The position numbers and the translations under genes were made by a program. Of a stretch of DNA of 64,000 bases, positions 42,651 to 54,450 are shown in pieces. Origin of the DNA: Octopus vulgaris (taxonomy: Eukaryota); NCBI GenBank assembly GCA_951406725.2, contig OX597820.1, positions 51,770,001 through 51,834,000 of the forward strand. Direction: 5' to 3'. How positions within the stretch are numbered: position 1 is the stretch's first letter; the number at the start of each line of letters is the position of its first letter. The notes under the pieces are model-generated. The model searched no databases. It saw nothing but the letters and a program-made list of their open reading frames with translations, and was not told the DNA's origin.

Positions 42651-43505
42651 TGTGTGATTATAATTCAGGATAAAATCGATATAGTATTTTATTAAGTAGC
42701 TAGGAAGTAAAATACATTTAGATAAAATTTAATACAAATATATATGTACCATGAGATATTTATTAATTTCCACACTTTTGTTCAATGTTAATGTTGTATT
42801 TTCTTCATTGCGAACAATCTTTCTCATCCGATGCATTTCCGTTATTTTGAAAAGCAATATCGTCCTGTCTGAACATCTTTAAATGCATATTTGATGAGTT
42901 ACTAAAACTGTACACCGTTTATAAATAATTATTTTTTTGATATGACACATTATTGCTTTAGGTATTCACCGCTGCCTGATAATCGGTTTCGTGAATATAT
43001 TTGCATTTGTGCGACGCGTGTGTGTGCGCAAGCAATAGGAAACGCGCGTACTGTTTATGCATGTATGTATCTATCTATCAAGAGAAAACTAGAGATATAT
43101 TATCCATACACACATATACGCGTTTCGTGCATACGAATCTCTGATTAAGGATCCTTGTATCATCAGCTGTTTATCTCCTACACTCAAAACCTTGCAGGCA
43201 CACAAGCATATATGTGTTTTACATGTTGGATGCCTACTCCCATTTTTATATCTACCTGCGTTTCTAAGATCCTTTGTTGATTTTTTTCTGCCTAAGTTCT
43301 AAACAACTTTGTTTTTCCGCTGCTACTTATTTAGCAGTGAGTTAAAAAATACATGTAACGTACATTATAGTCTCTAGGTATTTCATTAGGGACATTGCCT
43401 ATGTTGGCAACTCCCTCTACACCCCTCCACATTCATATATATATATATATATACCCACAAATACACAAATATATATATAAATATGTGTATTTGTGGACAT
43501 ATATG

Positions 43506-43548
<43 letters not shown>

Positions 43549-43683
43549 ATAAATGGTGGGGTTGTGTTGACCGCACGTGGAGAAATGATAAGTAAGGAAA
43601 ATTTTTTTAAAAATGCAGAATGCTCAAATGAAAGAAAATTTTAATAAAATGAGAAAATGATAAAATATATAAATATATATATT

Positions 43684-43724
43684 TATTCAACCGGTTTTCG
43701 TCAATGTATGACTTGTCAAGAATA
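43684..43724 (-). ncRNA. minimal hammerhead-like motif (U3-A8 variant) in PLE 3' end
   Basis: UAUUC-UUGACAA-GUCA uacau UGAC-GAAA(A)CCGGU-U-GAAUA: 5-bp stem I, 4-bp stem II, palindromic ACCGGU stem III, one extra A. Confidence 0.55.
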
Positions 43725-44358
43725 TTTATGTTTTAAGAAGTTTTTTTAAAAATTAGAAAGGGGAAAAAAAGAAAATTGCAATGTTTTTTGTAAAAGAATA
43801 ATGATAAAAATGTACAAAAATTAAAAAATAAGTTCTCCGATACATTGTGAGTTCGTTGTGTATCTTGACTTTTATGGTTGTTTACCAAAAATTACCTTGA
43901 GGTGTTAAGATCCAAAGGGATTAATAGCATGTGATGTGTTGTGTTGTTAAATTCAGCATGTTGCAGGACAGGAAGTAGTAGTAATTGTGGTCCTGGTTCT
44001 TCAGTTCCTGTGTTGTGAGTAAGGGGAGACAACTCTTTTGAGTTCTTCAATAAAACCCAAATTATAAAACTATCATTTTAGCTTCATTTGCATTATCTTT
44101 TTTATATAATTGCTTGTTAACTTAACTTTCAGATTTTAACACTTTATTTATATTATTTTCTAATAATATAAAACTGCATAGACAATTGCATTTCAAATTG
44201 TCATATCATTTATAATAAAAATGATAGTAGTAACAACAACAATAGTGAAAATGATATTTAAAGAATATAAGTTTTAGCTTGAAGTGGTGAATGCATGGTA
44301 TCTTTATATATTTGTGTTAGTCCATCCATGAAGAGTGAGGTAGAGAAAGGAAGTTTGA

Positions 44359-46897
44359 TCAACGAGGAGTTTGCATATTAAGTTGTGTTTGGAATTTTTC
44401 AATAAAGAGATTCTCCTTGTTAATTCTCTCCTGTGTGGTGATCCCGTCTTTACATTGGTAGAAGGGGAATATATAGAATTTGGGGTTTAAGTCTTTAGCA
44501 CATGAGTCTAAGTGGTCACTCAGTGGAATTTGTCGGTATTCCGGGAAGATTTATTTGTTCTTTATGTACCGTTACTCGTTTACGTAACGGGAGACTCGTT
44601 TGTCCCACATAATTATGTTGGCAACCAGCGCATGTGAGAACGTAGATAAGGTTCTCGGAGGAACAGGAGAAGTTAGTCTTGATTTTAAACTTCGTACCTT
44701 GTTTGAAGGTAAATTCAGAGCCTTCAAGTAGAAAGGGGCAGGTACCACAGTTTGAGCGTGCACATTTTTTTACTGTTGGGGGTGGATGTGGTGTGTGAAG
44801 TTTGGCATTTGTCAAGAGTTTTTTTAAAGATTTGTGTTGCCTTTTGCATTTGAGGATTTTGTGTGTATTTATAATGTTTTTCATTTTTGGGTCTGTTGAC
44901 AGTAGACTGAGGTTTTGTATGATTGTGGTGTATGCTTCGATATTTTTGGGGTTGTGGGTGGAAATGTATGGAAGTATTTTGAGGTTGTGTGTGGTGTTAG
45001 GTTGGGTGGTTATCAGTGTAGTGTTGTCTAGTTCTTTGGCGCGTTTTATTCCATACTCTATAAGGGTGGAGGGATATTGACGTTGTAATAGTGTTTTTTT
45101 GAGGTCTTGAAGGCGTATTTCTCGTGTTTTTGGATCCGAGACAATGGTGCATACCCTTTTAGCTAAATTGAAAGGGATATTTGTCTTGGTGTGTTTTGGG
45201 TGGCATGAACTAAAGAGGAGGTATTGTTGTGAGTCTGTAGGTTTGTGGTAGATGTCTGTTATGATTTGGTTCTTAGGTGTTTTTATAAATAGGAGATCAA
45301 GGAATGGGAGATGATGTTTGCTTAATTCCATAGTGAATTGGATGTTGGGATGTATGTTGTTTAGTATGGTTTTGAATTCCAGGAGTTTTTCATAAGGTTC
45401 TTTCCATATGATGAAACAATCATCTAAATACCTTTTCCAGTTTTCCATTAGGTAGGTGTGGAAAACATGTCCAAATTTCTGGCTTGATATTTCATAGAGT
45501 GACAGTTCGAAGTAACCCATTATGAGGTTCGCAAGGACTGGTGCAGCCTTGGTACCCATCGCAATGCCACATTTTTGACGGTAGTGTGTGTCGTCGAAGA
45601 GAAAAAATTTTTGTTTGTCAGAATGAACTTAAGAGATTCTGTAATAAAAGACTTGTTAATGCGGTCAGGGAATGTCTCTGGGTGTTTTTCTAGCCAGAAG
45701 TCAATTGCCTCTATACCATACTCATGTGGAATGTTGGTGTAGAGGTTGATGACATCAAAGGATACCAGGAGTGCCTCCTCGTTAACTGTTTTCGGGAGGT
45801 GTTTGAGCATGTCCAGATCATCCCTAATGAAACTTTTGATGTGGGTAAGGAAAGGTTTCAAAAGGATGTCTAGGAAGTTACTCAGGCGGTGTGTTTCACA
45901 GGAGGTACCAGCCACGATGGGCCTTAGTTTTAGGTCCTCCGGTGCTTTGATGTTGATGTGGATGTCAGTGGAGAGTTTGCAGGCTTCGGTGATGTATTTG
46001 TTTTTATGGATTTTAGGAAGGCCATAAAAAAGGCTGGGCTTGCATTTGAAAATGGTGATATAATCCCTTTCTTTTTCTGTGAGTCCCTGACTGTGTTGGC
46101 GTATGAGTGTGGTGAGGTTTCTGATTGTTTTTTGCTGTTTGTAGTTGTTAATAACCTCATAGAAAATGTTATTGTTAAGCATGGAGAACACTAGGTGTTT
46201 ATAAAATTCCGTGTCCATAAGGACCACAGCACTCCCTTTGTCCGCTTCTTTGATGGTGAGGTTTTTATCCAGTTGTATGTCAAGTAGGTTTTCCCATTCT
46301 TCCTTACTGAAATTGGATTTTACCTTGGTTTTGCTTGGGGTAAAGGGGAGACTCTGGATGTGTTTACAGAAATCGTCCAGTGTTTTATTTCTCCCTTTTG
46401 GTGGTAGGAAGTTGCTTTTATTTCTGATCAATGAGTCGTCCCCATTGTTGATATCTGTCAAAGCTTCTGTTAGGCGAAGTTTTCTGCAGAATTCAGAAAC
46501 GTCATCCTTGACCTCCGGGGGTTGGGTGTTCTTGGGGTGGGTGTGAATTTCAAACCTCTTGCTAGGATGTTGATTTGGGTTGGTGTCAGTGTTTTGCTGG
46601 AGAGGTTTATAATTTTTGTTTTCTTATTTTGGGTCTGTGTTAGCGGTGGTGTTTGTATTTTTCCCCTCTGTCTAAAAAATGGTTGTTGAGGTAAGGGGTG
46701 TATTCTTGTTAAAGTTCTGGTTGTATGTTGTAGGAGTGTTTTTGGGTGGGGAGGTTGGAGGGGGGTAGGTAGTTGTCGTATTTGTGTTGGTATGGGATGC
46801 GATGGTGTAAGGATTTGTGAGAAATGCGATGGGTTTGTGGGTGTGTGTCTGGTAGATTGTATGGGGGGGATGTAGGGGGGTATGTAGTTGTGGTGAT
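44359..46897 (-). pseudogene. PLE reverse transcriptase-GIY-YIG ORF (frameshifted)
   Basis: ORFs 46470-46913, 45520-46461 and 44516-45559: NLSSKTL..GLKFTPTP, ADKG, FYGLPKIHK, SFDVINLYTNIP, AMGT, RYLDDCF, PFLDL, CARSNCGTC, LIY..YVGQT. Confidence 0.92.
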
Positions 46898-46927
46898 CTG
46901 TACCCTCTACCACACGTGTTATTCAGA

Positions 46928-48418
46928 ATGCCTCCGAAAAACCAGAGCACTCTTACAGAGACAGTCACCAATAAGACCATTCTAAAAGAACTCAAAGTAC
47001 TCAATACACATCTACTTACATTCTCCAAAAAATTGACGAACTTCTCCTTCAATCCCGGGACAACTCAGAAAACAACCATCATCAACAACTTTCGGATAAA
47101 ATTGATGTAAACCTAAACGAAATCAACACTACACTGAAAACTCTACTTTCGGATAAGATAGATGTAAACCTAAATGAAATCAACACTACACTGAAAACTC
47201 TACTTACCAATTCAACGCCAAAGAGACCTCAGACACCACTCAACACACAGAAGGAACACATTTCAACCCCAGCACAACGCATTAAAAACCAGATCATCAC
47301 TACTTGGACTAAGAAACTACACAACAGAAAACTTCTCTTCTGGAACATGCTCAAAAACCAAAACAAAGCTGATATTTACGACAAATGGTTAAACTCTTCC
47401 CCTATCATACTACCCCGAAAATTCCAAACCAAACACATCCCAGACGAACCTGAAAAACAACGCTCCCTAAGAGAAAAACTAACATTGGAAAAAATGAAAA
47501 CCGAAGTAGAACTTCTAAAACTCAGAGCACAAAACCACGAACAAAAATACACAAAAATAGACGATGAGATACTTCTAGAACTAACCTCACACACCAACGA
47601 ACAGCCCCTCGAACTTGTTATTAAACTATGGAAAGATGAATGTGAAAAGGAAGAACGAACCTCCCTCAAACGCTGGGAAAACAACAAAGATTTCTTCCTC
47701 AACTATGAAACACTATTCATATTAAACCATAAATCCAAAAACCCATTCATAAAAGTACCCACAACACAGACTTCCACTGTACCCCATAAACACCATTCCA
47801 AACCGCACCTCAAATACACATACTCTCCAAACCCCCTCCTAACAGGACACAACCTCCCCCAACCATATAAAAACCCTTTCCCCCCGAAACATCTCAAACA
47901 AGACCCACCACAAAACCTGGTTTTCCAATCACTCTAACACCCCTCCCCCACCGATTAGAACCTTCAAGAACCTCCCATACACTAGAAATTATCCCCCCCT
48001 CAAGGCTCCCCTCCCTCACACTAATAACAAACAAGGCATCCTACCCACACCGATACATATAAGACCCACCCAACGAACCCCCTATAGTCCACCCATCCAA
48101 CAACCACATTCCTACCACATCTCCTACAGATCTCCAAACCCTCACATCCCACACGAACCCAATCACCACAACTACATACCCCCCTACATCCCCCCATACA
48201 ATCTACCAGACACACACCCACAAACCCATCGCATTTCTCACAAATCCTTACACCATCGCATCCCATACCAACACAAATACGACAACTACCTACCCCCCTC
48301 CAACCTCCCCACCCAAAAACACTCCTACACATACAACCAGAACTTTAACAAAGAATACACCCCTTACCTCAACAACCATTTTTTAGACAGAGGGGAAAAA
48401 TACAAACACCACCGCTAA
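46928..48418 (+). CDS. PLE upstream ORF (ORF1-like): coiled-coil/helical N-half, Pro/Thr-rich C-half; frame broken at homopolymers
   Basis: ATG (MPPK) at 46928. Stop-free frame 46975-47937 includes 2x LSDKIDVNLNEINTTLKTL and the charged helical LREKLTLEKMKTEVELLKLRAQ. Internal repeats differ mostly at synonymous sites. Inferred stop TAA 48416-48418. Confidence 0.65.
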
Positions 48419-50697
48419 CACAGACCCAAAATAAGAAAACAAAAATTATAAACCTCTCCAGCAAAACACTGACACCAACCCAAATCAACATCCTAGCAAG
48501 AGGTTTGAAATTCACACCCACCCCAAGAACACCCAACCCCCGGAGGTCAAGGATGACGTTTCTGAATTCTGCAGAAAACTTCGCCTAACAGAAGCTTTGA
48601 CAGATATCAACAATGGGGACGACTCATTGATCAGAAATAAAAGCAACTTCCTACCACCAAAAGGGAGAAATAAAACACTGGACGATTTCTGTAAACACAT
48701 CCAGAGTCTCCCCTTTACCCCAAGCAAAACCAAGGTAAAATCCAATTTCAGTAAGGAAGAATGGGAAAACCTACTTGACATACAACTGGATAAAAACCTC
48801 ACCATCAAAGAAGCGGACAAAGGGAGTGCTGTGGTCCTTATGGACACGGAATTTTATAAACACCTAGTGTTCTCCATGCTTAACAATAACATTTTCTATG
48901 AGGTTATTAACAACTACAAACAGCAAAAAACAATCAGAAACCTCACCACACTCATACGCCAACACAGTCAGGGACTCACAGAAAAAGAAAGGGATTATAT
49001 CACCATTTTCAAATGCAAGCCCAGCCTTTTTTATGGCCTTCCTAAAATCCATAAAAACAAATACATCACCGAAGCCTGCAAACTCTCCACTGACATCCAC
49101 ATCAACATCAAAGCACCGGAGGACCTAAAACTAAGGCCCATCGTGGTTGGTACCTCCTGTGAAACACACCGCCTGAGTAACTTCCTAGACATCCTTTTGA
49201 AACCTTTCCTTACCTACATCAAAAGTTTCATTAGGGATGATCTGGACATGCTCAAACACCTCCCGAAAACAGTTAACGAGGAGGCACTCCTGGTATCCTT
49301 TGATGTCATCAACCTCTACACCAACATTCCACATGAGTATGGTATAGAGACAATTGACTTCTGGCTAGAAAAACACCCAGAGACATTCCCTGACCGCATT
49401 AACAAGTCTTTTATTACAGAATCTCTTAAGTTCATTCTGACAAACAAAAATTTTTTTCTCTTCGACGACACACACTACCGTCAAAAATGTGGCATTGCGA
49501 TGGGTACCAAGGCTGCACCAGTCCTTGCGAACCTCATAATGGGTTACTTCGAACTGTCACTCTATGAAATATCAAGCCAGAAATTTGGACATGTTTTCCA
49601 CACCTACCTAATGGAAAACTGGAAAAGGTATTTAGATGATTGTTTCATCATATGGAAAGAACCTTATGAAAAACTCCTGGAATTCAAAACCATACTAAAC
49701 AACATACATCCCAACATCCAATTCACTATGGAATTAAGCAAACATCATCTCCCATTCCTTGATCTCCTAATTATAAAAACACCTAAGAACCAAATCATAA
49801 CAGACATCTACCACAAACCTACAGACTCACAACAATACCTCCTCTTTAGTTCATGCCACCCAAAACACACCAAGACAAATATCCCTTTCAATTTAGCTAA
49901 AAGGGTATGCACCATTGTCTCGGATCCAAAAACACGAGAAATACGCCTTCAAGACCTCAAAAAAACACTATTACAACGTCAATATCCCTCCACCCTTATA
50001 GAGTATGGAATAAAACGCGCCAAAGAACTAGACAACACTACACTGATAACCACCCAACCTAACACCACACACAACCTCAAAATAATTCCATACATTTCCA
50101 CCCACAACCCCAAAAATATCGAAGCATACACCACAATCATACAAAACCTCAGTCTACTGTCAACAGACCCAAAAATGAAAAACATTATAAATACACACAA
50201 AATCCTCAAATGCAAAAGGCAACACAAATCTTTAAAAACTCTTGACAAATGCCAAACTTCACACACCACATCCACCCCCAACAGTAAAAAAATGTGCACG
50301 CTCAAACTGTGGTACCTGCCCTTTTCTACTTGAAGGCTCTGAATTTACCTTCAAACAAGGTACGAAGTTTAAAATCAAGACTAACTTCTCCTGTTCCTCC
50401 GAGAACCTTATCTACGTTCTCACATGCGCTGGTTGCCAACATAATTATGTGGGACAAACGAGTCTCCCGTTACGTAAACGAGTAACGGTACATAAAGAAC
50501 AAATAAATCTCCCGGAATACCGACAAATTCCACTGAGTGACCACTTAGACTCATGTGCTAAAGACTTAAACCCCAAATTCTATATATTCCCCTTCTACCA
50601 ATGTAAAGACGGGATCACCACACAGGAGAGAATTAACAAGGATAATCTCTTTATTGAAAAATTCCAAACACAACTTAATATGCAAACTCCTCGTTGA
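48379..50697 (+). CDS. PLE reverse transcriptase + GIY-YIG endonuclease (two homopolymer frameshifts, at ~48540 and ~50235)
   Basis: ORF 48597-50333 (RT, YLDD) and 50242-50697 (KCARSNCGTC, NLIYVLTCAGC..YVGQT..RKR..H..H..E..LN). The conserved KIINLS..GLKFTPTP start lies in the frame beginning at 48379. Confidence 0.92.
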
Positions 50698-51174
50698 TCA
50701 AACTTCCTTTCTCAACCTCACTCTTCATGGATGGACTAACACAAATATATAAAGATACCATGCATTCACCACTTCAAGCTAAAACTTATATTCTTTAAAT
50801 ATCATTTTCACTATTGTTGTTGTTACTACTATCATTTTTATTATAAATGATATGACAATTTGAAATGCAATTGTCTATGCAGTTTTATATTATTAGAAAA
50901 TAATATAAATAAAGTGTTAAAATCTGAAAGTTAAGTTAACAAGCAATTATATAAAAAAGATAATGCAAATGAAGCTAAAATGATAGTTTTATAATTTGGG
51001 TTTTATTGAAGAACTCAAAAGAGTTGTCTCCCCTTACTCACAACACAGGAACTGAAGAACCAGGACCACAATTACTACTACTTCCTGTCCTGCAACATGC
51101 TGAATTTAACAACACAACACATCACATGCTATTAATCCCTTTGGATCTTAACACCTCAAGGTAATTTTTTGGTC

Positions 51175-51390
51175 TGTGAAACTGCGAGTGTTGGTGGTGA
51201 GGGTATTCGGCTCATGATCCGAAGGTCTTCAGTTCGATTCCTGACGGCCTGTTGGGTTCTTAAGCATGAAAATTATTTCACGTTGCTGTATACTTCTCAG
51301 GTTGAAAAACTGAGTTTTACCAGCAATTCAAAGGGCCAGCATCGTCACATACTGCGTCACGTTGAATCGCCCTGAGAACTACGTTAATCC
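51175..51390 (+). mobile_element. degenerate tRNA-derived SINE
   Basis: GGTGGTGAGGG..CAGTTCGATTCC B box, ATTTCACGTTGCT shared with 17034-17350. Confidence 0.55.
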
Positions 51391-52294
51391 TTAATATACA
51401 GATAAAAATCGATTACTGCAATGTTTATACATGGCGTTTACACTGACATATCACCACGTGTTATTCTGGTAGGATCGTGTTTATTAAATTCTGATTTTCT
51501 GCTCGCTAATATTGACGCTGGCTCAGGTGGAACCATCTGTTAGATATTGAATGTATACTGTCTGATGGTCTACCTGCATGTAGAAATTGCGTGAAAATAC
51601 TACTGAAAATTACAAAATATATGTAACATTATATACATTTATACATGTATGTATGTGTGCTTCTGCAGGCTTGTACCCCTGATCTTTTTCCAGTCTTCAT
51701 TTTGAGCCTTTACTGAATGGAAACTTAATATATTGCGAAGTTATAATGAAGCGATACAAGTGCTGGGTTAACTGAGAAAAACTGAGGTACAAATAAACAT
51801 ATAGCCACCTAGAAAGGGGAGAAATGATGAGGGGTGATAAAGGAGGAAGTAAATGAATGAGTCTCTGCGTGTGTATGCATGAACCTAAATTGTGTAAATA
51901 TGTGGGCAAAATATATTTGCTTTACGAACATTATATAGTATTCTTATGAAACGGCTAAGGAATGGCTGTATCTGCGAACATTTACGTTCGTAAAAAGAGT
52001 TTGTCTTGTGTACACTGTCCAGTCAATGCACATTTAACTTCTTAGGCATGAATTCATGTGCGTATACTTAAAGTTTTCTAAATAATGGTGCTTCTATGCG
52101 TGTAGCTGTAAGTGTACATATATGAACACATATTCTTGACCATCGTTCTGTTTCAATAGCAGCGTATATATTAATCGGGTCGGTAGTGGAATTGGCAACA
52201 AGAAATGAAATAAACATCATGTTTATCAGGTTGTAAAACAATAATAAAAATAGCTATGAAAGTAATAATAAAAACCACGACCGATATTTTGAAA

Positions 52295-52395
<101 letters not shown>

Positions 52396-52815
52396 GAGAA
52401 CAACAAAAACAGGAAGACGATAATGTCGACGACAATGACGATGTTGATGATGATGATGATTATGATGAAGAAGAAGAATAACAATAAGAAGACTAATATG
52501 AATGAAATAAATTGAAGGAAAGCAAGAACAATGGAAGTAGAAAAAGTAAAGAGAGAGTAGAAGAAATCGAGGAAGAACACGAAAAGTAATGAAAAGTAAT
52601 GAAAGACGGGGAAAGAAAGAAGACGAGGAACCCCATAAACCGTTATCCAATTCAATGTAGATATCAAAAGAAATGTGTATTGTTCCATTGAAAAGTCTTC
52701 AAATATACATACAAAAGTAGTATATGCATTGAGAAACTCATATATAAACGCTGCTTCTATATAGTTATGTATATACACGCATGCGTCTTTGTATGAACGC
52801 GTCTCTGTATATGTG

Positions 52816-52857
<42 letters not shown>

Positions 52858-52914
52858 TATACACATGTGCATATATATACATATATATACATATATATAT
52901 ATACATATATATAG

Positions 52915-52947
<33 letters not shown>

Positions 52948-53567
52948 TATGCACATATAAACAAAGAAATACACACGCACAATTACGAAGTGCATCATTG
53001 CTCAGTGGAGCGATGCGATAGCGAAAAATATACAAAATATTCTTAAAAATAAGTAAAATACAATTACTGATGGGAGGCATACAGGATGTATTCAAGCGCA
53101 ATATGTATAATTTTTGTAATGAAAAGAAAAAAGAAAATAAATACAAGAAATTTATTAGGCCCTTCAAATAGATATTCTGAAATTAAGTGCTTTTTGCAAT
53201 AGATTTCCTATGCGATATAATGCTATTCTTTGTAGCGCAGATTAAATTTCCACCTATCAGTCTTTAGTATGCAGAAGCCTGAAAATTTAAACTTATAAAA
53301 CCTACGATGCTTTATTGATGCCATATACTATTGGTATAAACGTTTTGTCTGAGATTACTTTCGCTCTGTAAATTTACATTGTGCTATGTCTACCATGGCC
53401 TCAACAGTGGCTTGATTAACTATATTAGCATGTAGCTACTCTAAAGGAATTGTCTGTTTTACTTCTTGTGGGATAAAAAGGCACTGATTGTATTCTAGGC
53501 TGATATTGTCTACGGATTTCTTATTCTTTTTAGATAATAGTTGGAGTGAGATTTTTTACTAAAACCA

Positions 53568-53599
<32 letters not shown>

Positions 53600-54147
53600 A
53601 TAACAAATTAATAAATAAAACATATGCATATATACATACATAAATGTACGTACCTACGTCTACATGTATATATACATGCATACAGGACACGAAAAAAACG
53701 TCGAACACAATGAGAAAAGAAAACATAAACACAAAACCAAGGAAATGGATATTTTTCTTAAACAACGAAAAAATAGAGTACAGGACATACTACACACGGA
53801 AAAAATCCCCCTTCTTCAGTCGCCTCTGTTTCATCTACTCCGCGTTTGGAAGGTCATATATATATATATATATACACGAAAAAAGTAGTATTGAATTAAC
53901 CATTTCAATCCAATATATGCTCTGCATTTTACTTGAAGTGACGCCCATTCATTATGTTAGTTTCTAGTCGATGTATGTAAATATTTGACAGGTACTATCT
54001 TAATAACAAAATTCCGTTGGAATTAAAGAGGACTCTTATAGGGATGCACACACACACACGCACGCGCATGAAACACTCACCACATAAATATACATATATA
54101 GATATATATATGCATATATTTGTAGACACACACACACTCGCATACAC

Positions 54148-54186
<39 letters not shown>

Positions 54187-54289
54187 CGACCTCGAACCCA
54201 CAAGTGTGAACAAGAGAGACAGAGCAAGGCAGAAACAAGGAAAATGCCACTTATATTTGAACACTATGCAAATATTCCTTTAAAAAAAA

Positions 54290-54415
54290 CATTTCTTTTA
54301 ATTTTTCTAAATTTAATTATTTAATCGTTACAGTTCAAAGGTCTCAAAATGACTGAAACCGGTACTGATATGTTCTTTATAAAATTATTTTAGCATTTTC
54401 TATTTTGACTTATTT

Positions 54416-54420
<5 letters not shown>
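54290..54420 (+). mobile_element. solo PLE 3'-end (pLTR-like) fragment with degenerate hammerhead
   Basis: CAG-TTCAAAG-GTC..GAC-TGAAACCGGTA-CTG at 54331-54367, then ATAAAATTATTTT as at ~58440; runs into (TA)n. Confidence 0.4.

Positions 54421-54450
<30 letters not shown>

Larger units (their letters stand above)
43547..46897 (-). mobile_element. Neptune-type Penelope-like element, 5'-truncated inverted copy with complete 3' end
   Basis: 43884-46897 is the reverse complement of 48162-51173. It continues through an AT-rich 3' region with a hammerhead-like motif and AATAAA into (TA)n. Confidence 0.92.
46898..51173 (+). mobile_element. Neptune-type Penelope-like element, 5'-complete copy, 3' end shorter than the other arm
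   Basis: Upstream ORF + RT + CX4CX2C linker + GIY-YIG with CxxC..H..H. Ends at 51173 next to a SINE. Confidence 0.92.

Noticed and set aside
44572-50305. Antisense and alternative-frame ORFs over the PLE (e.g. 44802-45080, 46211-46546, 47376-47702, 48512-48847)
   Set aside because: Shadow ORFs of the compositionally biased RT coding sequence, duplicated only because of the palindrome.
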